The notes beneath the pieces are model-generated. The model was not told where the DNA came from. It was given only the letters and a program-made list of their open reading frames with translations, and searched no databases. From NCBI GenBank assembly GCA_025936015.1, contig JAICUE010000001.1:1-24713 (forward strand): a stretch of DNA of 24,713 nt. The letters are read 5' to 3'. Source of the stretch: Gemmatimonadaceae bacterium (GTDB taxonomy: Bacteria > Gemmatimonadota > Gemmatimonadetes > Gemmatimonadales > Gemmatimonadaceae). The position numbers were made by a program, and so were the translations under genes. The first letter of the stretch is position 1. Each line of letters starts with the position of its first letter. Below, one piece after another: positions 8,197 through 16,997 of the stretch.

Positions 8197-9312
8197 CTAG
8201 AAGCCTGCGCCGGCGCCGCCGGTCGCCCCGACGTGCGACGCGGCCGCGGCCATCGACACCGCCGTGATCGCCGCCAGCGACCCGGCGAGGAAGAGGTAGA
8301 GCGCCACCATCGGCTTGTCGCTCTTCTCCGCCGGCTTGCCGATCGCGGCCATCAGCGCGGTCACGCCCGCCAGCAGCATCAGCAGCCCCTGCGCGTGTGC
8401 GTCACCCTTGTAGTGCAGGACGACCGTGATCGCGCCTAACGCGACGGCGACGGACCAGCGATCGACGCGGGTGAGCGAGGTGAACCCGCGCGCCCCGTCC
8501 AGCGTCCAGACCGGGATCAGGTTGAAGATGTTGATCCACGCGCCGACGCCGGCGATCGCGGCGATCAATGGAACCCCGGTCGCGAGATAGGCGATGTAGA
8601 ACGCGAGCGCGGTGCCGAGCCCCCAGACCGGACCGGCGAGGCCGATGCGCGCGTTGATGCGCACGTCGGTCACCCGCTCCTTCAGCAGGATGAACGCGCC
8701 GATGAACGGGATGAAGACCGGCGCGCTCGCCTTCAGCCCGAAGCGCCGCGCAGCGACGACGTGTCCCATCTCGTGCAGGTAGATCGAGACCACGAACCCC
8801 GCCGCGAACTTCCAGCCGTACATCGTCCAGTAGACACCGAAGAACGCGACCATCGAAAGGAGCGTCTTCAGCTTCGTCAGCCCGAGCAGGACGAGCTTCG
8901 CCTTGGCAAGGACGAGAAAGAGGATCGTCTTGAACTTGATGAGCAGCGCGCCTAACGCGGCGAGCGCGCCCTTGCTTCGCCAGGTCTCGCGGACGCCGGG
9001 CTGCTTCGCCCGCGCGCCGCCGTCCTTCGCCCCCGCGCCGCCGACGAGACGGTCCTGCAGCGCGGTGACGCGAGCGTCGATCGCCGCGCGCTGCGGAGCG
9101 CGTGGCGGCAACAGGTCGAGCGCGGCCTTCCATGTCGTCAGCGCGGCCGACAGGTCGCCCTGGCGCTCCGCCTCCTGCGCGACGCCGGCCAGCCTTGTGA
9201 GCTCGGCTGCATGGACGAGCGATCCGCAGCTCGGGCAGGCGCGAAGCGCGAGTGGCACTTCGACGCCGCACGTGGCACACGACGCAGCCTGTGGACGCGC
9301 GGACGAGGTCAT
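8197..9312 (-). CDS. Site-2 (M50) intramembrane metalloprotease with N-terminal Zn ribbon and TPR-like helices
   Basis: HEMGH, AGP and NLIPVWTLDG motifs; N-terminal CATC...CPSC followed by AERQGDLSAALTTWKAALDL. Confidence 0.9.
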   Translation of the reverse strand: MTSSARPQAASCATCGVEVPLALRACPSCGSLVHAAELTRLAGVAQEAERQGDLSAALTTWKAALDLLPPRAPQRAAIDARVTALQDRLVGGAGAKDGGARAKQPGVRETWRSKGALAALGALLIKFKTILFLVLAKAKLVLLGLTKLKTLLSMVAFFGVYWTMYGWKFAAGFVVSIYLHEMGHVVAARRFGLKASAPVFIPFIGAFILLKERVTDVRINARIGLAGPVWGLGTALAFYIAYLATGVPLIAAIAGVGAWINIFNLIPVWTLDGARGFTSLTRVDRWSVAVALGAITVVLHYKGDAHAQGLLMLLAGVTALMAAIGKPAEKSDKPMVALYLFLAGSLAAITAVSMAAAASHVGATGGAGAGF

Positions 9313-9339
9313 CGACTCAGTCGCAGCAGCTGATGCGCG

Positions 9340-10197
9340 TCAGGCGACCGGCGGTGCGCCGGTCGCGCCCTGGAGACGGAACGGGCCGCTCACCGTGATC
9401 GACTCCCCGCCGCGATTGAACTTCCACGCGCGATACAGTGCGTACCCGATGAACAGCCCGGAGATCGGGCTCGTCATCGCGACGAGAATCGGTGCAGTGA
9501 ACAGTCCGGCAACGATGGCGATCAGGATCACCGACAGCGGCATCTTGAAGTTCTTCAGCTTCGCCGCGCGATCCTGCGCCCGCGTCACTGCGACCAGCGC
9601 CGCCGAATCGAGCGGAGCATCCGCACCATTCGCCTGTTTGATCGAATCCACAGTCGCCTGCGCCTGGGCACTGAACTTCGCCCGCGCCGCGTCCGCGCCC
9701 TTGCCCGCTCCGGCCATCATGAACGGCATGTAGGCGCCGGCCATCGCGAACCAGGTGAGCGCGAGCGCCACTACCTGGAACTTCCGTCCGCCGTGACCAT
9801 TGCCGCCGATGTTCACCGCCTTGCCGACGCCGAGGCCGACGAGGCCCGTGAGCAGCGCCCACTCGATGCCGGTCGCCTTCGTGAAGGCGTAGTAGGCTGC
9901 CGCGCCGACAATCGCGGCACCGAGGCCGAAGGCGATCGCTCGCGCGAGCCCCGCGGCGCTCGTTCCACCCTGGACCTTCGCCTCCGCGGCGAACCGGCAC
10001 TTCGCACAGGCGATCTTGTCGTTGACCATGTGGTACGAGCCACGCAGCGCGGTGCCGCAGAGCAGGCAGTGCGCCGCGCCCGGCGCGGCGCTGGCATCGA
10101 ACGTCAGTGGCTCGAACTGCGAACTGGCGCGGGGATCGGTCGCGTCGTTAGGCATGTGCGTGGCGCTGAGGTGGTCCTGAGGGGCCAGCAGGTACAT
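9340..10197 (-). CDS. Hypothetical membrane protein with N-terminal Cys4 zinc-binding motif
   Basis: CLLC...CAKC followed by about 4-5 hydrophobic segments. The start may be 10155 (MPND). Confidence 0.8.
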   Translation of the reverse strand: MYLLAPQDHLSATHMPNDATDPRASSQFEPLTFDASAAPGAAHCLLCGTALRGSYHMVNDKIACAKCRFAAEAKVQGGTSAAGLARAIAFGLGAAIVGAAAYYAFTKATGIEWALLTGLVGLGVGKAVNIGGNGHGGRKFQVVALALTWFAMAGAYMPFMMAGAGKGADAARAKFSAQAQATVDSIKQANGADAPLDSAALVAVTRAQDRAAKLKNFKMPLSVILIAIVAGLFTAPILVAMTSPISGLFIGYALYRAWKFNRGGESITVSGPFRLQGATGAPPVA

Positions 10198-10469
10198 ACA
10201 TGGACGCCTCGGCGTGCCTCACCGCAACGGCCGAGCCCGGCGTCCGGCTCCGAGGCCGGGGGTCCTGACGCACCCGGTGCGTGGGTGCCTAACGGGCCCC
10301 CTGTCATGGTTCGGGGGACTCGCGCCAGGAGCGTGGACCGGCGCGCGTCGCGCGATCGAGAGCGCGGTTTCGGCATCGCCGCACCGATCCTGGATTAGAT
10401 TGTCTTCATTTAGTAACAATTCGTCACAACGCCTGCGCTCCCGCATGTGATACGCGAGATTACACGGTT

Positions 10470-11153
10470 ATGGATCCGCGACTCGCAGAGGCTGTCGGCG
10501 ATGTGATGCTGTTGCTGCACACCCGTACCCGCGGGGAACCCGCGCCGTTGCTCGACCCGGCGATCGCTCGATTCGCCCGGTACCTCGCCGAGATCGGAGT
10601 CTCCAGGCGGGCGACGCTCGACCTGCTGCAGGGCCTGATCGACCAGGCCGTCGCCGCCGGCGATCTCACAGCTCCGCGCATCGTCGATATCGCCGACGAA
10701 CTGCAAGGACGCGGGATGGCGTTGTGCGCCGACGCGTACGACGTGGTCGCTGATCCCACCGCTTATTCGCGCCGCATGGAACTCGATTTTGGCTTCGACG
10801 CAGGTATCGTCAAGGTTCGGATTGCCGGACGGTATCAGTCCGCGGACATGCGAACGGCCCTCGAATCAGTCCTGCCCGGCGCTGCGCAGGCTGACGTGCG
10901 AGGAACGCTCATCGATCTTCGCGGCTCGGAGAGTATCGATACCCGAGAGCGAAACGAGATGGAATCGACTGGCAGCTTCCTCGCGTCGTTGCGCTCGCAG
11001 CTTGGCGGTCGCCTCGCGATCCTGGTGCAGAGCGACGCGGCTTATGCGTTGACCCGCGTTGCCGCCGTCTGGGCCGGCGCGGAAGGGCTCCTCGTCCACA
11101 TCGACCGCAACGAGCGCACAGCGCTCGCCTGGTTGGAACACTCCAGCAGGTAG
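10470..11153 (+). CDS. Hypothetical two-domain protein: helical N-terminus and STAS/SEC14 (SpoIIAA-like) C-terminus
   Basis: Only protein-like ORF between the Zn-ribbon gene and ychF. C-terminal pattern VKVRIAG...LIDLR...RLAILV...IDRNERTALAWL. Confidence 0.7.
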   Translation: MDPRLAEAVGDVMLLLHTRTRGEPAPLLDPAIARFARYLAEIGVSRRATLDLLQGLIDQAVAAGDLTAPRIVDIADELQGRGMALCADAYDVVADPTAYSRRMELDFGFDAGIVKVRIAGRYQSADMRTALESVLPGAAQADVRGTLIDLRGSESIDTRERNEMESTGSFLASLRSQLGGRLAILVQSDAAYALTRVAAVWAGAEGLLVHIDRNERTALAWLEHSSR

Positions 11154-11193
11154 CAGTGAGAGCCTATCGGGACGTCGTGAGGCGACTGAGTTC

Positions 11194-12294
11194 CTAGACG
11201 TTGAACCGGAACAGCATCACGTCGCCGTCCTTCACCACGTATTCCTTTCCCTCGCTCCGCACGACGCCCTTGTCCTTCGCGCCCTTCCATCCGCCGTTGC
11301 CGACGAAGTCGGAATACCCCACGGTCTCGGCGCGAATGAACCCACGCTCGAAATCGGTGTGGATCACCGCGGCGGCCTTCGGCGCGGTGTCGCCGCGATG
11401 GATCGTCCAGGCGCGGACCTCCTGCTCGCCGGCGGTGAAGTAGGTCTGCAGCCCGAGCAGGTGGTAGCTGGCGAAGATGAGCCGGTCGAGCCCCGCCGAC
11501 TCGATGCCTAACGACTGGAGGAACTCGGCGCGGTCCGCCGTCGGGAGCTCGGCGAGCTCGGCTTCGATCTTCGCCGAGAACGGGACGACTTCGGCGTCCT
11601 CGCCGCCGGCGGCGACCGCGGCGCGCAGCGCCTGCAGGTACTTCCCTTCGGTCCCGGAGAGCTCGGCGTCGGTGACGTTCGCGGCGTAGAGCACCGGCTT
11701 CACCGTGAGCAGGGCGAGCGGCTGGAGCTGGGCGCGCTCGTCGGTGCTCAACTCGAGCGACCAGAGACCCTTGCCCTCGGACAGCTGCTTGTGCGCCTTC
11801 TCGAGCACCGGCAGCTCGCCTAACGCTTCCTTGTCGCCGGTCTTCGCGGTGCGCCGCGTCTTGTCGAGGCGCTTCTCGACGACGGCGAGGTCGGAGAGGG
11901 CGAGCTCGAACTCGATCACCTCGCGGTCGCGCGCCGGATCGACCCCGCCCATGACGTGGGTGACGTCGGGGTCGTCGAAGCAGCGGACCACGTGGACGAT
12001 CGCGTCGGTCTCGCGGATGTTCGCAAGGAACTTGTTGCCGAGCCCCTCGCCCTCGGCCGCCCCCTTCACGAGGCCGGCGATGTCGACGAACTGGACGACG
12101 GCGGGCACCGTCCGCTTCGGCTGGACGACGTCGGCCAGCTTCGGCAGCCGCGGGTCGGGCACCTCGACCATCCCGACGTTGGGCTCGACGGTGCAGAACG
12201 GATAGTTCGCCGCCTCGGCGCCGGCGGCGGTGAGGGCGTTGAAGAGCGTTGATTTGCCGACGTTAGGCAGGCCGACGATTCCGAGCTTGAGCAT
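11194..12294 (-). CDS. ychF: Redox-regulated ATPase YchF
   Basis: GIVGLPNVGKSTLFNALT, NYPFCT, DIAGLVKGA, C-terminal TGS domain (DFERGFIRAE, EGKEYVVKDGD). Confidence 0.98.
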   Translation of the reverse strand: MLKLGIVGLPNVGKSTLFNALTAAGAEAANYPFCTVEPNVGMVEVPDPRLPKLADVVQPKRTVPAVVQFVDIAGLVKGAAEGEGLGNKFLANIRETDAIVHVVRCFDDPDVTHVMGGVDPARDREVIEFELALSDLAVVEKRLDKTRRTAKTGDKEALGELPVLEKAHKQLSEGKGLWSLELSTDERAQLQPLALLTVKPVLYAANVTDAELSGTEGKYLQALRAAVAAGGEDAEVVPFSAKIEAELAELPTADRAEFLQSLGIESAGLDRLIFASYHLLGLQTYFTAGEQEVRAWTIHRGDTAPKAAAVIHTDFERGFIRAETVGYSDFVGNGGWKGAKDKGVVRSEGKEYVVKDGDVMLFRFNV

Positions 12295-12384
12295 TTCCTT
12301 CTGATGTGAACGTTTGAGCCTGCATGGGTGCGACGCACCGTTTGCCAGTCGTCAGGCACCCCGTTGCCGGTCAGCGGCGCCTTT

Positions 12385-12978
12385 CTACTGGCCCCTGGCT
12401 CCCGGCGCCCCGTTGTACTTGTTCATTGCGGCCGTCGCCCCGTCGGCGATGAACGTCTCGACGGCGGCGCGGATGGTCGGCATCAATTCGTCGATCACCT
12501 GCTGCTCGGTCTTGCCGAAAGCGCCGAGGACGAAATCCGAGAGGTCGCCGATCGTGCGCTGCTCCTCGAGCGGCTTGATCCCGATCCGCAGGCGGGGATA
12601 GTCGCGCGACTCGAGGTGGTGCTCGATGCTCTTCAGGCCGTTGTGACCGCCGGCGCTTCCGTTCGCCCGCACGCGGATGCTGCCTAACGGCAGGGCGACC
12701 TCGTCGACGACCACGAGCAGGTCCTTGGCCGCTGCCCAGAATGGCCGCCGCAGCCACGGCTTGAGCACCTGCCCGCTGAGGTTCATGTAGGTCAGCGGCT
12801 TGACGAGACGGGTCGCCGCGCCGTTCACCGTTCCGCTCGAGGTCAGCGCCTCGCCATCCTTTCGCCAGCTGGAGAAATGCCAGACGTCGGCCAGGTGGTC
12901 GAGGACCATCCAGCCGACGTTGTGTCGAGTGTGCTCGTACTCGCGCCCCGGATTGCCGAGGCCAAGGATGACCTTCAC
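12385..12978 (-). CDS. pth: Peptidyl-tRNA hydrolase
   Basis: Start taken as GTG 12978: KVILGLGNPGREYEHTRHNVG, KPLTYMNLSG, GSAGGHNGLKSI, YPRLRIGI. Confidence 0.97.
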   Translation of the reverse strand: MKVILGLGNPGREYEHTRHNVGWMVLDHLADVWHFSSWRKDGEALTSSGTVNGAATRLVKPLTYMNLSGQVLKPWLRRPFWAAAKDLLVVVDEVALPLGSIRVRANGSAGGHNGLKSIEHHLESRDYPRLRIGIKPLEEQRTIGDLSDFVLGAFGKTEQQVIDELMPTIRAAVETFIADGATAAMNKYNGAPGARGQ

Positions 12979-13036
12979 CGTGGTCTCGTCGGCGCCGGGT
13001 TCGTTCGCGATGTTGGAGGACGGATGCAGCAGCGCA

Positions 13037-13074
13037 TGGACGCGCGCCTGCAGTGCAGCCAGGGCGCGCGTCCA
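13037..13074. repeat. Perfect 12-bp inverted repeat between rplY and pth (no U-tract)
   Basis: TGGACGCGCGCC 13037-13048 / GGCGCGCGTCCA 13063-13074. Confidence 0.75.
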
Positions 13075-13081
13075 GCGTGAG

Positions 13082-13744
13082 CTACTTCGCGTCTTCGTCG
13101 CCCTCTTCGTCCTTCTTCTGGCGAATGAGCTCGGGCTCGGCCGGAGTTGCGCCCTCTTCCGCCGCGGCCGGCTCGGCCTCGATCGCGGCGCGCGAGATCT
13201 GGACGAGCGCGACCGGCGCGTCCTCATCGGCGAGGACCGTGACGCCAGCCGGAATGTTCAGGTCGCGAACGTGCACCGAGTGGCCGACGATCAGGTGCGA
13301 GACGTCGACGTCGATGTGGTTCGGGATGCTCGCCGGATCCACTTCGACTTCGACTTCGCGGAGCATCTGCTCGAGGATGCCACCGCCAAGCCGCACGCCC
13401 TCGGGAACGCCGTGCAGGACCAGCGGGATGGAGACGGTGATCTTCTCACCGGCGACCAGCTCGAGGAAGTCCACGTGAAGCACGTTGCGCTTGAACGGAT
13501 GGCGCTGGATCTCGCGGATCAGCGTCCGCGACGGCTTGCCATCGATCGTGAGCTCGACCACGGTGCTGCCGGCGGCGATGGTGCCGAGGAGCTTCTCGAG
13601 GTCGCGGCTCGGAACGGTGAGCGACTGCGCTTCGCGCGAGTGGCCGTAGATGACGGCAGGCACGCTGCCCTCACGACGGAGGGAACGTGCGGCGCCCTTG
13701 CCCGACGTGGCGCGCGCAGTGGCAGTAAGTGAGGCGTTGGCCAT
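13082..13744 (-). CDS. rplY: 50S ribosomal protein L25/Ctc (long form)
   Basis: Start ATG 13744 with GGAG SD; GKGAARSLRREGSVPAVIYG, IQRHPFKRNVLHVDF, GVRLGGG; acidic tail. Confidence 0.96.
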   Translation of the reverse strand: MANASLTATARATSGKGAARSLRREGSVPAVIYGHSREAQSLTVPSRDLEKLLGTIAAGSTVVELTIDGKPSRTLIREIQRHPFKRNVLHVDFLELVAGEKITVSIPLVLHGVPEGVRLGGGILEQMLREVEVEVDPASIPNHIDVDVSHLIVGHSVHVRDLNIPAGVTVLADEDAPVALVQISRAAIEAEPAAAEEGATPAEPELIRQKKDEEGDEDAK

Positions 13745-13809
13745 GATCAAACTCTCCAGTAAAACGAACGAATCGACCCGATCGTCGAGCGCGGTCGCGC
13801 CGGCTGATC

Positions 13810-14763
13810 TCAGTCGAACAGCGAGCTGACGGACTGCTCGCTGTGGGTGTAGCGGATCGCCTTCGACAACAGCTCTCCGACGGACAGGACCTTCAACCGG
13901 TCGAAGCGACGATCCGGGGTGATCGCGATGGTGTCGGTGACCGCCACCTCCGCGATCGGCGCCGCCTTGAGCCGCTCTATGGCCGGGCCGGAGAGCAGCG
14001 CATGCGTCGCGCAAACGTAGATATCTCGTGCACCGAGCGCCTTCAAAGCGCGGGATGCTTCGGCAACCGTTCCGGCGGTGTCGATCATGTCGTCGGGAAT
14101 GAGCACGTCGCGATCGGCGACTTCACCGACGACGTTCACCACCTCCGCCACGTTCGCCGCCGGCCGCCGCTTGTCGATGATGGCGAAGGTCGCGTTCAAC
14201 CGCTTCGCGAACCCGCGCGCCATCTTCGCCGAGCCGGCATCCGGTGCGACCACCACCAGATCCTTCAACTGCTTCCTGCGATAGTGCGAGACGAACACCG
14301 GCATCGCGTACAGGTGGTCCACCGGAACATCGAAGAACCCCTGCAGCTGGTGCTGGTGGAAGTCGATTCCCAGCACCCGATCGGCACCCGCCGTCTGAAT
14401 CAGGTTTGCCATCAGCTTCGCGCCGATCGCGACGCGCGGCTGATCCTTTCTGTCCTGTCGCGAGTAGCCGTAGTACGGCATCACGCAGGTCACTCGTGCC
14501 GCCGATGCCCGCCGTGCAGCGTCGATGAGCAAGAGCAGCTCGAGAACGTTCTCCGCCGGTGGATTGGTCGGCTGCACGATGAAGACGTCGTGCCCGCGAA
14601 TGTTCTCGTCGATCCGGACGAAGATCTCGCCGTCGGCGAATCGCGACGTCGTGACCTTGCAGAGCTCGAGGTTCAAATTGCGGGCGATCTCTTCAGCGAG
14701 GGCACGGTTGGCGCCTCCGGAGAGCAGCTTGAACCCGCGTCCTTGTATCGCCAGGCCGTCCAT
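13810..14763 (-). CDS. prs: Ribose-phosphate pyrophosphokinase
   Basis: FADGEIFVRIDENIRG, PYYGYSRQDRK, VLIPDDMIDTAGT. Confidence 0.98.
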   Translation of the reverse strand: MDGLAIQGRGFKLLSGGANRALAEEIARNLNLELCKVTTSRFADGEIFVRIDENIRGHDVFIVQPTNPPAENVLELLLLIDAARRASAARVTCVMPYYGYSRQDRKDQPRVAIGAKLMANLIQTAGADRVLGIDFHQHQLQGFFDVPVDHLYAMPVFVSHYRRKQLKDLVVVAPDAGSAKMARGFAKRLNATFAIIDKRRPAANVAEVVNVVGEVADRDVLIPDDMIDTAGTVAEASRALKALGARDIYVCATHALLSGPAIERLKAAPIAEVAVTDTIAITPDRRFDRLKVLSVGELLSKAIRYTHSEQSVSSLFD

Positions 14764-14773
14764 GCAGCCTCAA

Positions 14774-14802
14774 AAGTTAGATGACCGAGGCGGTCGAGTC
14801 AA
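14774..14802 (-). promoter_or_regulatory. Sigma70-type promoter of prs with a very short leader
   Basis: TTGACT(14802-14797)-N17-TAACTT(14779-14774); the ATG lies 10 nt downstream. Confidence 0.7.
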
Positions 14803-14861
14803 CAACTCGGCGCTGCCACTGATCATTGAACCGCGCAATGTAACCGACGGATGGCAGTGAA

Positions 14862-14890
14862 GGGGAGCGTCGCGCCGAGCGACACTCCCC
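14862..14890 (-). terminator. Hairpin downstream of tRNA-Gln (weak terminator or processing stem)
   Basis: GGGGAGTGTCGC-TCGGC-GCGACGCTCCCC gives 12 bp with one U-G pair, followed by TTCACT. Confidence 0.55.
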
Positions 14891-14923
14891 CTCGTTCACC
14901 TGCTCCTGACCATTCATTCAAGG

Positions 14924-14994
14924 TTGCCCCTCATGGATTCGAACCATGATTCACGGCTCCAAAGGCCGTTGTCCTGCCATTGGACGAAGGGGCA
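14924..14994 (-). tRNA. tRNA-Gln (UUG); CCA not encoded
   Basis: TGCCCCT/AGGGGCA acceptor stem, anticodon arm ACGGC-CTTTGGA-GCCGT, GTTCGAATC T-loop. The 3' end reads A-CCT. It occupies the conserved ispE-tRNA-Gln-prs position. Confidence 0.96.
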
Positions 14995-15058
14995 GCAGCG
15001 GACGCTCACATCATAGTCGCGGCCGGCTCGAAGAGCAACGAAACCGCCTCGGTGCGGC

Positions 15059-15964
15059 TCAGCCGGGATCGACCCCGACCAGCGGAACTTCCTCGAGCGT
15101 CGTCGTCGCGAGCGCTCGGCAGCCGGTCGCCTGCGCCACGGCGCGCAGCTGCAGCTCGTCCTCGAACAGGGCGAACAGGGTCGAACCCGAGCCGCTCATC
15201 CGCGCGACCGCGACCCCTTCGACCGATCCGAGCCGCTCGTATATCGCCGCGAGCTCGGGGCGCTGGTCGAACACCACCGGCTCGAAATCGTTCATCGAGA
15301 GCCGCGCGACACCCTCCCAGGTCGTCACGGCGGCGAGGGGATGCAGGGCCGCAGCGTGCGGCTGGTCGGTCAGCGCCGAGCGCGAGGCGGCAAGCCAGCT
15401 GTACGCTTCGGCGGTGTTCACCGGCTGCGCGGGAAGCACCAGTGCGACGTCGCGAACCGGGAGCGCGGGAAGCGCGAGCATCCGGTCGCCGCGTCCCCAC
15501 GCCAGCGCGAGCGGCGCTTCGCTGGCGAGGAACGGGACGTCCGCGCCTAACGTTCCGGCGATCGCGAGCAGGTCGGCCGCCGGGAGCGGTCGCGGATTGA
15601 GCGCGTTGAGCGCACGCAGCACCGCGCCCGCATCCGCACTCCCGCCACCGAGCCCGCCGCCGACCGGGATCCGCTTCTCGATCTCGATCGCGAAGCCGCG
15701 CGGCCAGTTGTCGTGCGCCGCATAGGCGTCGGCCGCCCGCCAGGCGAGATTCTGCTCCGGCGCGCCGAGCCCCGCGTCCGGCAGCGCGTCACCGGTGATG
15801 GTGAGCGACCGATCGGCGGAATCGCCGACGCGAACCACGACATCGTCGGCGAGCGCGATCCGGCAGAACAGCGTCTCGATGTCGTGGAAGCCCGACGCTT
15901 CGCGCGCGAGGATGCGGAGCGCGAGGTTGATCTTCGCGAACGCCGCGACGCGAGCCGCCGGCAT
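15059..15964 (-). CDS. ispE: 4-diphosphocytidyl-2-C-methyl-D-erythritol kinase
   Basis: AFAKINLAL, KRIPVGGGLGGGSADA, LGADVPF, MSGSGST. Confidence 0.97.
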   Translation of the reverse strand: MPAARVAAFAKINLALRILAREASGFHDIETLFCRIALADDVVVRVGDSADRSLTITGDALPDAGLGAPEQNLAWRAADAYAAHDNWPRGFAIEIEKRIPVGGGLGGGSADAGAVLRALNALNPRPLPAADLLAIAGTLGADVPFLASEAPLALAWGRGDRMLALPALPVRDVALVLPAQPVNTAEAYSWLAASRSALTDQPHAAALHPLAAVTTWEGVARLSMNDFEPVVFDQRPELAAIYERLGSVEGVAVARMSGSGSTLFALFEDELQLRAVAQATGCRALATTTLEEVPLVGVDPG

Positions 15965-15970
15965 CGCTGC

Positions 15971-16978
15971 CTAACGCTCCGCCGCGGCGCCGAGGTCGCC
16001 CATCTTGAGGCCGAGCTGGGCGAAGTAGACCGCGCCGATCAGCGTGATCGGGATGAAGCTGAGGATGTGGAAGCCGATCGCCCAGGCCACCGCGAGGTCG
16101 GGCCCGACACCGTACACAGCGAGGCTTTCCTTGGCGATCGCCTCGAAGACGCCGAAGAACCCCGGGGCCGATGGGATCGCGACGCCGATCGCGATGATCC
16201 CCTGCACGAAGAACGCGGCGGAGAATGGGACGACGATGCCCACCGCCTTGAAGCCGAGCCAGAAGGCGAAGGCGTTGCAGAGCCAGTGCAGGACGGTCCA
16301 GAAGAGCACCGCGACGAACCGGCGCGGTGCACGGAGGACGCTCAAGCCGCTGGCGAAGGCAAGCAACGCGTCGCGTCCGCGCGCTTCGAGCTTCGGGGCG
16401 AGCCGCCTGACGACGACTTCGTACAGGGTGAACACGCGCGCGGGAAAGAGCACGAGGGCGTACAGCACGGCGAGCAGCGCGAGGACGGCGATGATTCCGC
16501 CCCCCGCCCAGTTCGCGACCGGCTGGCTCGCGATGCGCGTGCCAGTGGGAAAGGCCGGGTCGAGCATCGCGAGGAACAGCATCACGAGGATGACCACCGC
16601 GTCGAAGACGCGGTCGACCGCGATCGACGCAAAGGCCGCGGCGAAACCGACCTTGGGCTCCTCGGAGCTGAGCGCATACGCGCGCGCCAGCTCACCGGCG
16701 CGGGCCGGGACGATGTTGCCGATCATCATCCCGATCGCCGTCGCCCGCCAGAGCTCGCCTAACGGCAGCTTCGGCGCGATCGGGTCGAGGATGACGCGCC
16801 AGCGAATCGCCCGCAGCGGGAAGATCGCCGTCGCGGCGATCGTCGACAGCGCGAAGAGCAGGATGTTCGACTGCTCGAGCGTCCCGGCGACGACGCGGAA
16901 GTTGACGTCGTGCAGGGCGTAGACGAGCAGGGCGATGCTGAGCGCGATCCCGATCGCGCCCCGCCAACCGAGCTTCAT
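15971..16978 (-). CDS. Lysylphosphatidylglycerol-synthase TM domain / UPF0104 (flippase-like) membrane protein
   Basis: LRAIRWRVIL, PARAGELARAY, ASIAVDRVFD, IPSAPGFFGVFE; about 8 hydrophobic segments. Confidence 0.85.
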   Translation of the reverse strand: MKLGWRGAIGIALSIALLVYALHDVNFRVVAGTLEQSNILLFALSTIAATAIFPLRAIRWRVILDPIAPKLPLGELWRATAIGMMIGNIVPARAGELARAYALSSEEPKVGFAAAFASIAVDRVFDAVVILVMLFLAMLDPAFPTGTRIASQPVANWAGGGIIAVLALLAVLYALVLFPARVFTLYEVVVRRLAPKLEARGRDALLAFASGLSVLRAPRRFVAVLFWTVLHWLCNAFAFWLGFKAVGIVVPFSAAFFVQGIIAIGVAIPSAPGFFGVFEAIAKESLAVYGVGPDLAVAWAIGFHILSFIPITLIGAVYFAQLGLKMGDLGAAAER

Positions 16979-16997
16979 GTGTGAAACGGGTTGAGGC

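Noticed and set aside
10104-10376. 90-aa minus-strand ORF containing the octamer in a Leu-Gly frame
   Set aside because: It overlaps the downstream gene and has low-complexity composition, no motif and no SD. It cannot be fully excluded without ribosome profiling.
10198-10380. 6S RNA, or a SAM-I, fluoride, SAH or c-di-AMP riboswitch
   Set aside because: Only short fragments resemble these families. The conserved cores and the end-to-end 6S pairing are not visible.
12979-13227. Extended Pth N-terminus or an rplY-pth fusion
   Set aside because: It is an out-of-frame read of the rplY 3' end. Pth homology starts at GTG 12978 and there is no slippery-site evidence.
14921-14924. tRNA 3' end CCT as a sign of a pseudo-tRNA or integration scar
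   Set aside because: All tRNA arms are intact, many bacteria add CCA enzymatically, and there is no duplicated 3' fragment or integrase in the window.
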